64,000 nucleotides of DNA from Edaphobacter sp. GTDB lineage: Bacteria > Acidobacteriota > Terriglobia > Terriglobales > Acidobacteriaceae. Below the pieces are notes generated by a model. The model had not been told where the DNA came from and made no database searches. It was given only the letters and a program-made list of their open reading frames with translations. This document shows positions 49,783 to 59,026 of this stretch, one piece after another (positions within the stretch are counted from its first letter, which is position 1; every line of letters begins with the position of its first letter). The position numbers and the translations under genes are program-made. Where the stretch lies: contig DATMKY010000035.1 of the NCBI GenBank assembly GCA_035570955.1, forward strand, positions 16,782-80,781, in the 5' to 3' direction.

Positions 49783-50538
49783 TCATCTGCCTGCGGCTCC
49801 AAGCTGAGCCACTGCCGACCGTGCTTCCACCGCCGCCATCTTGCGGTGCAGACCATTCTCCGAGAATTGGATGGGTTGCGGCGCAAACCGTACTTCCGCC
49901 CTGACACCATGCAGCCCAAGAAACTTAAAGATATGCGCTAGCATATTCCGGTCTCCCCAGTAGCAAACGTCATCTTCTACAGTCACGCCAGCCCCATTCT
50001 TTTTCACAAAGCTGTAATGAAGATACGCTGCCGTAACCGGAGAACCGGCATCGAGGACCTGACCCAGCAACCCACTATGAAACTTCAGCAATTGGTTCCC
50101 GTTCGACGTCGTTCCTTCCGGAAAAAACACAACCGGCAAACCCGCATCCACAGCCGCGAGCATCTCCTTGCGAGCTCTCATCGCCGATCCACCATGCCCC
50201 CTCGCGACGTACACCGTCCCCGACATCGTTGTCATCCAACCCACTACCGGCCAGCGGCGAACCTCCTCCTTCGACACAAACACACACGGACGCAACGCCG
50301 CGAAAACCACGATATCCAGATAACTCAAATGATTTGAAATCACAGCCCCGCAGTGCGGAAATACCCCCAGTACCCCGATCTCAATCTTCATGCCCCGCAG
50401 TGCACGCGCACAAAAACGATGCAGCCAATCCGCTCGTTCCTCTCGTGTCGCTGGCCGCTTCAAAGCAAGCTCAGCACCAGCCACGATAAACATCCCCACC
50501 AATCGAATACTTCGCCAAGCGGCGCGAAAAAAGATCAC
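49783..50538 (-). CDS. PlsC/OlsA-like acyltransferase (second paralog)
   Basis: NHLSYLD, GTVYV, FFPEGTT. Confidence 0.85.
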   Translation of the reverse strand: MIFFRAAWRSIRLVGMFIVAGAELALKRPATREERADWLHRFCARALRGMKIEIGVLGVFPHCGAVISNHLSYLDIVVFAALRPCVFVSKEEVRRWPVVGWMTTMSGTVYVARGHGGSAMRARKEMLAAVDAGLPVVFFPEGTTSNGNQLLKFHSGLLGQVLDAGSPVTAAYLHYSFVKKNGAGVTVEDDVCYWGDRNMLAHIFKFLGLHGVRAEVRFAPQPIQFSENGLHRKMAAVEARSAVAQLGAAGR

Positions 50539-50602
50539 CAGTCCAATTCCTCATCTCTCAACCTTGAAGCTGTTCTCATCAGCGCAGTCTATCCTGTCAG
50601 CA

Positions 50603-51172
50603 GTGCACTCCGGCGAACCAAATCACGACAAATCCATCCGAAGCCGACCTCCCATACGTCACAACTGGCTCTACCGCCGAGCTGTCTTGCCCATCCTCGC
50701 CCTTCTCCGCATCGGAGCATCGCCCGAGAAGCTAGCCTGGAGCATCGCTGCTGGACTCCTCATCGGCATCAACCCTATCCTCGGTAGCACCACCCTCCTC
50801 TGCCTTGCGATCGCATTATTCTTTCGCCTCAACGTAGCCGCCTCGCAGGTCGGCAACCATCTCGTCTATCCGCTCGAGCTCGTTCTCGTCATCCCGTTCA
50901 TCCGGATGTCAAGCCGTGTCTTCCACACCGCGCCGATGCCTCTTTCCACCAGTACTCTACTCCACGAAGCGCGCGAACATCCGCTCGCACTGACACGTGA
51001 GCTCTGGCTATGGGAGTGGCACGCTTTCCTGCTCTGGGTCATTTTTGCGGCGGTAGCGATTCCGCTCTTCGCCGTGGCACTTACACCAATCCTCCGGCGT
51101 CTCCTTGCCCGCGTTCAAAAACATCAGTACCCGATCCTAGCGATAACCGAGCCGGCTGATTCCAAACACTAA
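50603..51172 (+). CDS. DUF2062-family membrane protein
   Basis: SPEKLAWSIAAGLLIGINP, RLN...N..VYPL; start uncertain. Confidence 0.7.
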   Translation: MHSGEPNHDKSIRSRPPIRHNWLYRRAVLPILALLRIGASPEKLAWSIAAGLLIGINPILGSTTLLCLAIALFFRLNVAASQVGNHLVYPLELVLVIPFIRMSSRVFHTAPMPLSTSTLLHEAREHPLALTRELWLWEWHAFLLWVIFAAVAIPLFAVALTPILRRLLARVQKHQYPILAITEPADSKH

Positions 51173-52104
51173 CCCTCAGGATGATAAGCAGGCAGCGGAT
51201 CCGCGCTCTTCACCCACGCCGAATAAATCATGTCCCGCAGCTCGGTCGCGCCCGCTGCCAGCCGCTCCTCGGTAAACTTCTTGCCCCCAGGAGTGCCAGC
51301 ACCGGCAAACCCACCCGCCTTCTCCAACTGATAAGTCTTCTCCACCAGCGAATTAGAATGCCGCAAATAATTCATGTAGTCGGTAAACACATCTCCAAGC
51401 ACAACCGGCTTCGCAGGGATCAACGGCGCAACGTCTGCAGCTTTGATGTTCGCCGAAACATTGGTCGACTCAAACAGAGCATGAATCTTATGCTCTGTCG
51501 TATACCCATTCGGATTTGGTCCTGTCCAGCCGTTGTACTGGATGGTGGTATGCAGCGGCTGCGACCCATCAGCGACATAATGCCCTAACCATCCAGCCAG
51601 AAACACAATTTCATTCTCCACTGGCTTCGTGTCTTTGTGCTCCGCCTTCAGCTTGCGATAATCCCGCATCGCACTCTTCAGCCGCTCCCACACTTCTACC
51701 GTCTGATACGGCTGCAGTCCCACCTTCTCCGGTGACAACGGCAAATCAGGATGGGACTTCTGCGCAAACGCGAGCGCCCGCACAAAGTCGTAACGCCGCC
51801 GCGGATACTCGCCGACCAGATCTCCATACTCCATGTCCAGAAAATGGTCCGGCGACTGCGCCGCATTCAGCTCAGGCTCGCCCGGAGATTTCCATCGATC
51901 CGGCTCAGGCCCGTAATATTCCAGCGCATCCAGCGCTTCCTTCGACCGCAAAAACTCCGGCACATCCGAGGGCAGCGCTGCCCCCGCCAGCCGATTGATC
52001 ATCATGTGCCCTTCTCGGCCCCAGGCAAAAGAAGGCTGCACAGTCATCAGGGGAATCATCACCAAAACAACAACGAAACGAACTAAAATACGAACCTTTT
52101 CCAT
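51169..52104 (-). CDS. secreted S1/P1-family nuclease (phospholipase C/P1 fold)
   Basis: Signal peptide then WGREGH, HFLD, HYVADGSQPLH, IHALFE zinc ligands. Confidence 0.85.
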   Translation of the reverse strand: MEKVRILVRFVVVLVMIPLMTVQPSFAWGREGHMMINRLAGAALPSDVPEFLRSKEALDALEYYGPEPDRWKSPGEPELNAAQSPDHFLDMEYGDLVGEYPRRRYDFVRALAFAQKSHPDLPLSPEKVGLQPYQTVEVWERLKSAMRDYRKLKAEHKDTKPVENEIVFLAGWLGHYVADGSQPLHTTIQYNGWTGPNPNGYTTEHKIHALFESTNVSANIKAADVAPLIPAKPVVLGDVFTDYMNYLRHSNSLVEKTYQLEKAGGFAGAGTPGGKKFTEERLAAGATELRDMIYSAWVKSADPLPAYHPEG

Positions 52105-52318
52105 CTCCGCAGTATATCCGCCACGGGCCCTTGTTCTCTCTGCCCAGACACCTTTCCACACGGCAGGTCAACCGCTGTTAACTCGAACACAACGTCTCAA
52201 AAAGTACACCTGCTTGCGCCTCAAATTGACCTCTCTTTCATTGACGCGCAATATGCGGCAGCCAATACTTTGGATAAGTCTCTATCTCGGCATTCTTTTT
52301 GAAAGGAATTCAGCGATT

Positions 52319-52840
52319 ATGCATCTCCCCTGCAAAGTCCTGGCATTAGCTTCACTTCTTGCCATACCACTGGCATCCAGAGCCGACACGCTTGATTTCA
52401 CACTCACTGGAGGCGGCAACACCTACAGCTTCTCCCTTCCTTCCAACCCAACACCCGATTCAACCAGTCCTGGCGTCAGCTTTACCCTCGACAACATTCT
52501 CGTCGCACTCAACCCTGGTTCTCCACTGGGAATCGACTTCACCGCCAACCTCGTCTTCTCGGAACTCGGCTCCGGTGGCGGCATTGCATTTCCGATCCCG
52601 TCTCCTCCTCCGACCAGCGTCACTTTGGATCTGGTAGGCGCACAACTCTTCGGCGGCACGGTGAACGCACCGGCCTTCGCTCCGACCACAACCCCTTTCA
52701 TGCTTTCCGAACCAAAAGGTAGCGACGCCTTCACGCTGGATATCGCCTCAGAGGTACCGGAGCCCTCCACCCTCGCCTACCTTGGTGCAGGAATACTTGC
52801 ACTCGCAGGAGTAGCGCGCCGCAGGTTCACCGCAAACTAG
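52319..52840 (+). CDS. PEP-CTERM surface protein
   Basis: Signal peptide (..ASRA/DT), Ser/Thr/Pro-rich body, C-terminal VPEPST-TM-RRR. Confidence 0.9.
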   Translation: MHLPCKVLALASLLAIPLASRADTLDFTLTGGGNTYSFSLPSNPTPDSTSPGVSFTLDNILVALNPGSPLGIDFTANLVFSELGSGGGIAFPIPSPPPTSVTLDLVGAQLFGGTVNAPAFAPTTTPFMLSEPKGSDAFTLDIASEVPEPSTLAYLGAGILALAGVARRRFTAN

Positions 52841-52882
52841 CCGAGCTCAGGCAGGTCAAGCTACGGCGGTGCTGGAACCTCA

Positions 52883-54187
52883 TTACACCAGCACCGCCGC
52901 TCCCTCCACAGGCACGCTTCCAAACACGCTACGATACCGCGCAATCTCGCTCGCAGGCCCGGTCGCCTTGCGAGCGTTGTCCGAGAGCTTGACCGCGGGC
53001 CGTCCTTCCACCGTCATCAATTTGCAAACCAGACTGATCGGATCGAAGCTTGTCTCACCACGTGGGTGACAACCACGAAAATCATTCGTCAACAGCGTTC
53101 CCCAGCCGGCGCTGAACCGGATCCTGCCTTGAAAATAAGCGTGCAGCCGCAAAATCTCATCGACATCCAGACCATCAGAGGCAATCAAACGCTTCTTTCG
53201 CGAATCGCGCCCCCTCCTCAGCAGCCACGCAATATACTCGTCGCCCGCAACAAACGGATCCTTGCTGTCGCACCTCTGGCCCGTCCAGTCCGCAACCCAA
53301 TCAGGCGCACCTTCCAGAAATTGCGTTGTCCCAAAAGTATCCGGCAGCATGATCAGCAACTCCCCACCATAACTCTTCTGCCACAGCCTCAGTACCTCAT
53401 ACTGCGATTGATGCAACTCGTCGTCACCGTTCGCGAGAGCCGCAACCGCCATCGGCAGCTCATGCGCGTTCGTTCCCATCGCTTCAAGATCATGCTTGTA
53501 TGCAAGAAACGTGTTCGACGTTCCCGAAAGACTCGAACCCAACGCCTCCCGCATCATCTCGACGACATATTCCTGCCACAAAAAACTATGCCGCCGGCGT
53601 GTCCCGAACTCTGAGATCCGCACCTCCGGAACCTCGCGCAACCGCTCAATCTTCTCCCACAGCTTTGTCTTCGCACGCGCATACAAAACATCCAGTTCCA
53701 ACTCGTTAAGCGTGCTCAGTGCAGCCCGTGTCTTCAACTCGCTGACAAGCGCGAGACCGTAAACCTCCCACATCGTCACCTCGGTCCACAGCCCCTCAAA
53801 TCGAACCACGAGCTGTCCATCATGCTCAGAGATCGTGTAGTCCGAAAGCCGGAAGTCCTCCTCCAACCACTCCAAAAACGCCGGCTCGAAGATGCTTCGA
53901 GTCCCATAAAATGTATTGCCGGCGAGCCAGATAATCTCCGACCGCCGAAACCGAAGCCCGCGCACATGTTCCATCTGCTCGGCCAGCATCGCCATCGAGA
54001 TCTGTTCCGCCAACCGCACTGATACAGTTCTATTTGTGACCTCCGAAGTTACATGAATCGCCGGAAAGTTCTTCCAGATAAATTGCAGCATCAGCAGCTT
54101 GTAAAAATCTGTATCCAGTAGCGAACGCACAATCGGATCCAGCTTCCAGTTATGGTTATGAGCCCGCTCGGCAAAATTCACATTCAC
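52883..54187 (-). CDS. pncB: nicotinate phosphoribosyltransferase
   Basis: SLLDTDFYK, EFGTRRR, GTSN, GTNAHE, LPDTFG, SDGLD, KLSDN. Confidence 0.93.
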   Translation of the reverse strand: MNVNFAERAHNHNWKLDPIVRSLLDTDFYKLLMLQFIWKNFPAIHVTSEVTNRTVSVRLAEQISMAMLAEQMEHVRGLRFRRSEIIWLAGNTFYGTRSIFEPAFLEWLEEDFRLSDYTISEHDGQLVVRFEGLWTEVTMWEVYGLALVSELKTRAALSTLNELELDVLYARAKTKLWEKIERLREVPEVRISEFGTRRRHSFLWQEYVVEMMREALGSSLSGTSNTFLAYKHDLEAMGTNAHELPMAVAALANGDDELHQSQYEVLRLWQKSYGGELLIMLPDTFGTTQFLEGAPDWVADWTGQRCDSKDPFVAGDEYIAWLLRRGRDSRKKRLIASDGLDVDEILRLHAYFQGRIRFSAGWGTLLTNDFRGCHPRGETSFDPISLVCKLMTVEGRPAVKLSDNARKATGPASEIARYRSVFGSVPVEGAAVLV

Positions 54188-54351
54188 GTCGAAACCCTCA
54201 CGCTTAGCCTACCAACCGCTGCTTGAGACATTAGATAGACACCACCACGCTTCTAGTCCAAACCCTCCCCAAAAAATATTGTGACAAGGAGACTTGACAT
54301 TATTCTGGAGGTATGTAAAGCTTAGTTGTCTTTATGGAAAGGAAGGTTGTC

Positions 54352-54756
54352 ATGCTATGTGATCCTGGATCGAAAGCTGGACGGCGTTATCTCTACCGGC
54401 TCATTCCCATGTCCGTTGTCTACGTCGCCGTTGTCTACCTCTCAAAATGGTCGTTTCGACATTTTCATCCGACCGGGCTTGTTGTGTATCTCCTCGCCAT
54501 ACTGCCGGCGTTGCCTATGGTTGGTTCACTGGCTATCGTCGGTCTCTACGTCGCCGAAGAGACCGACGAGTTCGAACGTTCCATTCTGGTTCGATCGATT
54601 CTCTGGGGACTCGCTGCGGCTCTCGCTATCAGTTCCATCTGGGGCACGTTGGAAGATTTCGCCCAGGCGCCCCATCTCTCCAGCTTCCTCTCCTACCTGT
54701 CCTTCTGGATCGTAATGGCAATCTCCGGAGTGATCATTCGCCTGAGGTACCGATGA
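54352..54756 (+). CDS. four-TM hypothetical membrane protein
   Basis: Hydrophobic segments with a DEFER motif; ATGA overlap with the XRE gene. Confidence 0.7.
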   Translation: MLCDPGSKAGRRYLYRLIPMSVVYVAVVYLSKWSFRHFHPTGLVVYLLAILPALPMVGSLAIVGLYVAEETDEFERSILVRSILWGLAAALAISSIWGTLEDFAQAPHLSSFLSYLSFWIVMAISGVIIRLRYR

Positions 54757-54947
54757 AAAACCGACTCCGTATCCTCCGCGCCGAACGCAGCTGGAGCCAG
54801 GCGGATCTCGCCCAACGCCTTGAAGTCTCCCGTCAATCCGTCAACGCCATTGAGACTGGCAAGTTCGATCCTTCGCTTCCTCTCGCATTCAAACTTGCTC
54901 GTCTCTTCAACACTTCCATTGAGACCATCTTCTCGGATGAAGAGTAG
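54753..54947 (+). CDS. XRE/Cro-family HTH regulator
   Basis: MKNRLRILRAERSWSQADLA...VSRQSVNAIETGKFDPSLPLAFKLA. Confidence 0.92.
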   Translation: MKNRLRILRAERSWSQADLAQRLEVSRQSVNAIETGKFDPSLPLAFKLARLFNTSIETIFSDEE

Positions 54948-55057
54948 GCGCCATCAAAGTTTCTTCGTCATTACAAGTGTCATGTCGCTTTGATGACGCA
55001 GGCCACTGGTGGCAGTACACCGCAACCGCCACACTGAAACAGTCATGGAGTTCAGTT

Positions 55058-55978
55058 ATGTCCGCATCTCGCACAGCCCTCCGCGTCATCACAATTCTCT
55101 TCCTGCTCGCCGGCATTTTGTTACTGCGAAGGCCCGTCTTCGGCGCCGTCGTCACCGCACCGCAAACACGTTTCTCCGTCGTCATCCAGGGAGCCACCTC
55201 TGACAAAAGCCTCGACGTCATCCTCATCCCCGGCATCTCCAGCTCACGCGACATCTACACCGCCGAAGCAAAACTCTTATCTGCAAACTATCGTCTCCAC
55301 CTCGTCCAGATTGCAGGCTTCGCTGGCGAACCCGCTGGTCCCAATGCCAGTGGTCCCATCCTCGTTCCAATCATCGAACAACTTCACCAATACATCGTCA
55401 CGAATAAGCTCCAGCATCCCGCCATCATCGGACATTCGCTCGGCGGTCTTCTCGGATTGATGCTCGCTGATTCCCACCCCGAAGATGTCGGCAAGCTTCT
55501 CATCATCGACTCGCTTCCCTTCTACGCACTGGTCTTCGCACCCGAAGCCACCGTCGACGCCACCACGCCCCAGGCGGCCGCGTTACGCGACCAGATGCTG
55601 GCTGCCTCTCCTGAGGTCTTCGCCGCAATGGTCAACCAGAGCGCAGCGTTCCTTGTTCTCAACCCCGAAGCTCGCAAACTCGTCCCCGCCAATTCCATCG
55701 CTTCCGACCGGACCGTCATCACCAACGCCATGTACGAAGACCTCACCACCGATCTACGGCCCCGCCTCGCCGGCATCAAAACTCCCGCAACCCTCCTTTA
55801 CCCCTTCGACGCCTCAGTTATGGGTCCTGACACCACCAAAATCGACACCATCTACATCAACGCATACAACACCATGCCCAATCTGAAAATCCATCGCATC
55901 GACGACTCTCGTCACTTCATCATGTACGACCAGCCCGGCGCATTCGACAAAGCGGTCCAGGCTTTTCTTAAGCCGTAA
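55058..55978 (+). CDS. exported alpha/beta fold hydrolase
   Basis: Signal/TM segment, LIPG, GHSLGG, SRHFIMYDQP. Confidence 0.82.
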   Translation: MSASRTALRVITILFLLAGILLLRRPVFGAVVTAPQTRFSVVIQGATSDKSLDVILIPGISSSRDIYTAEAKLLSANYRLHLVQIAGFAGEPAGPNASGPILVPIIEQLHQYIVTNKLQHPAIIGHSLGGLLGLMLADSHPEDVGKLLIIDSLPFYALVFAPEATVDATTPQAAALRDQMLAASPEVFAAMVNQSAAFLVLNPEARKLVPANSIASDRTVITNAMYEDLTTDLRPRLAGIKTPATLLYPFDASVMGPDTTKIDTIYINAYNTMPNLKIHRIDDSRHFIMYDQPGAFDKAVQAFLKP

Positions 55979-56147
55979 GGTCCATGAGCCATGCGAACTG
56001 CCCTTCGACTCGCACGCAGTCGAGGAAAACCGGCAAGACGTTCCGGTGGGTCAATATAATCGAGTCCGCGGCATTCTCCCGCACATCAAATTTGCAATCG
56101 GGCTAGAACATTCCTCGCTGACATACTCCTCCGTTGGAGATCTCGTC

Positions 56148-57413
56148 TTGAACCCCCGCACAGAAACCTTCGAATCACCCGCCTCCCCCACCGCGAAACC
56201 ATTTCGGCCCGATTGCCCGGAGTGCCCCGAACGCCCTCATCTCCGCGTGTTCAAATCCACTGTCTACGTCAAGGATCATGACCACAGCCTCGACTTCTAT
56301 ATCAACAAGCTCGGCTTCAGCGTCCTCGCGGACGTCGCGTTAACCTATGACGGCCGTTGGGTTGCGATCGCTCCGCCGGATGGGCAAGCCATCATCGCTC
56401 TCGTTGCCCCGAAGCCCGGCACCGAAAAGTACCGCCTCATCGGTCGTGATACTCAAATCGGCTTCATCTCCGAAGACATCAACGCCACCTACGAACTCTG
56501 GAAGAGAAACAACGTTCACTTTTATCAACCGCCCCAGCAGACCATCTTCGGAATCACCTTCGCCCGCTTCCAGGACATCGACGGCAATTCGTTTGAACTC
56601 ATCGGCACCGACCAGTTCACTCGCGAAATCGAACAGGAGCGTCGCACCGCAGCAGAGAAAATCGAAGCCGACCGTCGAACTGCACAGGAACTCGAGATCG
56701 CTCGTCAGGTCCAGGCCCGCCTCTTCCCCCAAACGCTTCCACCTCTCAAGACCCTCGACTACGCAGGCACCTGCATTCAGGCTCGCCACGTCGGCGGCGA
56801 CTACTATGACTTTCTCTCTCTTGGTCACCAACGACTCGGCCTCGTCATCGGCGACATCGCAGGCAAAGGCATCGCCGCCGCTCTTCTCATGGCGAATCTT
56901 CAGGCCAACCTCCGCAGTCAGTTCACTCTCGCGCGCGACGAGCCGCAGCTCTTTCTGCAATCCGTCAACCGCCTTTTCTTTCAAAACACCAACGATTCGG
57001 CGTATGCCACCGTCTTCTTCGCCGACTACGACGATGCTGCTCGCCGCCTCCGCTACGCAAACTGCGGTCACCTCTCGGGCATCCTGGTGCGCCGCAGCGG
57101 GGACGTTGAATGGCTTCACTCCACCGGCACTGTTCTCGGCCTCTTCGAGCAGTGGGATTCGCCAATCGAAGAATGTCACCTCTCTCCTGGCGACACCCTC
57201 GCCCTCTACACCGATGGCGTAACCGAATCATTTGACGCCTCAGGTGAAGAGTTCGGAGAAAAACGTCTCGTCGATGCCCTAAAACAGCACAAAGAAAAAC
57301 CCGCCAAGCACACGCTAGCGTCGGTAGTCGATGAGATCCAAAACTTCAGCAGTTCCGGGCAACAGCACGATGACATCACTCTCATCATCGCTAAAGGACA
57401 GTCGCCCAACTAA
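56148..57413 (+). CDS. VOC (glyoxalase-like) domain fused to PP2C/SpoIIE phosphatase
   Basis: VYVKDHDHSLDFYINKLGF...FQDIDGNSFEL, coiled linker, GGDYYD, GDIAGKG, YTDGVTE, DDIT; TTG start after GGAG (ORF open from 56046). Confidence 0.85.
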   Translation: MNPRTETFESPASPTAKPFRPDCPECPERPHLRVFKSTVYVKDHDHSLDFYINKLGFSVLADVALTYDGRWVAIAPPDGQAIIALVAPKPGTEKYRLIGRDTQIGFISEDINATYELWKRNNVHFYQPPQQTIFGITFARFQDIDGNSFELIGTDQFTREIEQERRTAAEKIEADRRTAQELEIARQVQARLFPQTLPPLKTLDYAGTCIQARHVGGDYYDFLSLGHQRLGLVIGDIAGKGIAAALLMANLQANLRSQFTLARDEPQLFLQSVNRLFFQNTNDSAYATVFFADYDDAARRLRYANCGHLSGILVRRSGDVEWLHSTGTVLGLFEQWDSPIEECHLSPGDTLALYTDGVTESFDASGEEFGEKRLVDALKQHKEKPAKHTLASVVDEIQNFSSSGQQHDDITLIIAKGQSPN

Positions 57414-57468
57414 ATCCATTTTCTACAAGCAACTACAATTAATTGTTAATCACTTAGGAGAGATGTGG

Positions 57469-59007
57469 ATGGCATATGACGTAGTGATCGCAGGCGGCGG
57501 CCCGGTCGGCCTCTTTCTTGCCTGCGAGCTTGGATTGGCAGGAATCTCCGTACTCGTTCTCGAACGAATGGAAGACCCGCACTCACCGCTCAAAGAAAGC
57601 TGGATGGGGATGCGCGGCTTAAATTTCCCTTCTGTCGCTGCATTTTATAGGCGGGGAATGTTGAAAGACGTCCAGCACTCATCGCTTGCATGGATGGAAC
57701 CCACGAAGCCCGGCTTCGAAATGCGTTCTGAGAACCCCTCCTCCACGCAGCGACCTCGTTTTGCCGGACACTTCGCAGGAATCATGCTCGACGTGAACAA
57801 GATCGATCTCTCCGGCCAGAAATATCTCACCGATGGACCATCTTCCGCCGGAGCTCTGGTCTCTCTCGAAGGAATCGAGGAGGTGCTGACCAAGCAGGCT
57901 CAGAAACTCGGAGTCGAAATCAGACGGGGCATGCCGGTCACAGGCTTCACGCAATCCGAAGAGCATGTCACTGTCCAGGCCGGCAACGAATTCTTCCGGG
58001 CAAATTGGCTTGTCGGTTGTGACGGCGGTCGCAGCACAGTACGCAAGATCGCAGGATTTGAATTCGCAGGGTCCGACCCGGAATTCACAGGCTACAGTGC
58101 ATGGGTTGACATGGAAGACCCGGAAAAGCTGCGCCCAGGCTTCAACCTGACACTCCACGGTATGTACGTTAATGGCCCCGGCCCCGGCGCCATTGGACTC
58201 ATCGACTTTGACAATGCCGCGTTCGATCGCACGCAGGAGATTACCCTCGAAGATCTGCAGGCAACCCTTCGTCGAGTCTCCGGCACCGATGTAACGATCA
58301 AGAAGCTGCACGTCGCCACCAGTTACACCGACCGCGCCCGTCAGGCGACAACGTATCGCAAAGATCGAGTCCTGCTCGCGGGTGATGCCGCACACATTCA
58401 TTCGCCACTGGGCGGCCAGGGGCTAAACACTGGCCTTGGCGATGCCATGAATCTGGGCTGGAAGCTCGCCGCAACAATCAGAGGATGGGCTCCCGAATAC
58501 CTGCTCGATACCTACACCGCAGAACGTCATCCGGTGGGAGCCTGGGCTCTCAGCTGGACGCGCGCTCAGGTCTCAATCATGCGTCCAAACCCCCACTCTC
58601 AAGCCATCGCCGGGGTCATCCGTGACCTCATCAACACAAAAGACGGAACCTCCTACTTCGTTGAAAAGATCTCCGGCGTTTTGCTGCGTTACGATCTCCC
58701 CGGCGAGCACCCCCTCATCGGCCGCAGCGCGCCCGATCTCGAGTTCGAAGACGGTTCGCGTGTCGGCGCTCTTCTGCAGGATGGAACAGGGCTCTTGCTC
58801 GATCTTGCAGGCAAAGAAGAGCTCAGTACACTGAGCCGAAGATGGAACGGGCGTCTTAAATATGTCTCCGCTAAAGCAAAAGTCAACCAGGGCCTCGCCG
58901 CAATACTCATAAGACCCGACGGGTTCGTCGCTTGGGCCTCCGACGCCTTCCCAAACCTGACCGTTCTCGAAGACACGATCCACCGCTGGTTCGGCAATCC
59001 TGCTTAA
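57469..59007 (+). CDS. FAD-dependent monooxygenase (PheA/TfdB/Rox-like aromatic hydroxylase)
   Basis: GGGPVG, LVGCDGGRSTVRK, LAGDAAHIHSPLGGQGLN, LIRPDGFVAW. Confidence 0.88.
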   Translation: MAYDVVIAGGGPVGLFLACELGLAGISVLVLERMEDPHSPLKESWMGMRGLNFPSVAAFYRRGMLKDVQHSSLAWMEPTKPGFEMRSENPSSTQRPRFAGHFAGIMLDVNKIDLSGQKYLTDGPSSAGALVSLEGIEEVLTKQAQKLGVEIRRGMPVTGFTQSEEHVTVQAGNEFFRANWLVGCDGGRSTVRKIAGFEFAGSDPEFTGYSAWVDMEDPEKLRPGFNLTLHGMYVNGPGPGAIGLIDFDNAAFDRTQEITLEDLQATLRRVSGTDVTIKKLHVATSYTDRARQATTYRKDRVLLAGDAAHIHSPLGGQGLNTGLGDAMNLGWKLAATIRGWAPEYLLDTYTAERHPVGAWALSWTRAQVSIMRPNPHSQAIAGVIRDLINTKDGTSYFVEKISGVLLRYDLPGEHPLIGRSAPDLEFEDGSRVGALLQDGTGLLLDLAGKEELSTLSRRWNGRLKYVSAKAKVNQGLAAILIRPDGFVAWASDAFPNLTVLEDTIHRWFGNPA

Positions 59008-59026
59008 ATGAGGGGACAGTATTTCC

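Noticed and set aside
54292-54320. ACTTGACATTA resembling a XerD arm
   Set aside because: No matching XerC arm at 6-bp spacing; better explained as a -35 box or operator.
56001-56050. Two adjacent hairpins joined by GAAA, suggesting a hammerhead ribozyme or riboswitch
   Set aside because: No CUGANGA core on either strand and no riboswitch consensus recognised; may simply be a terminator-like structure.
57469-59007. Calling the monooxygenase rifampin monooxygenase (rox)
   Set aside because: The motifs are shared by the whole flavin hydroxylase family; specificity cannot be read from the sequence.
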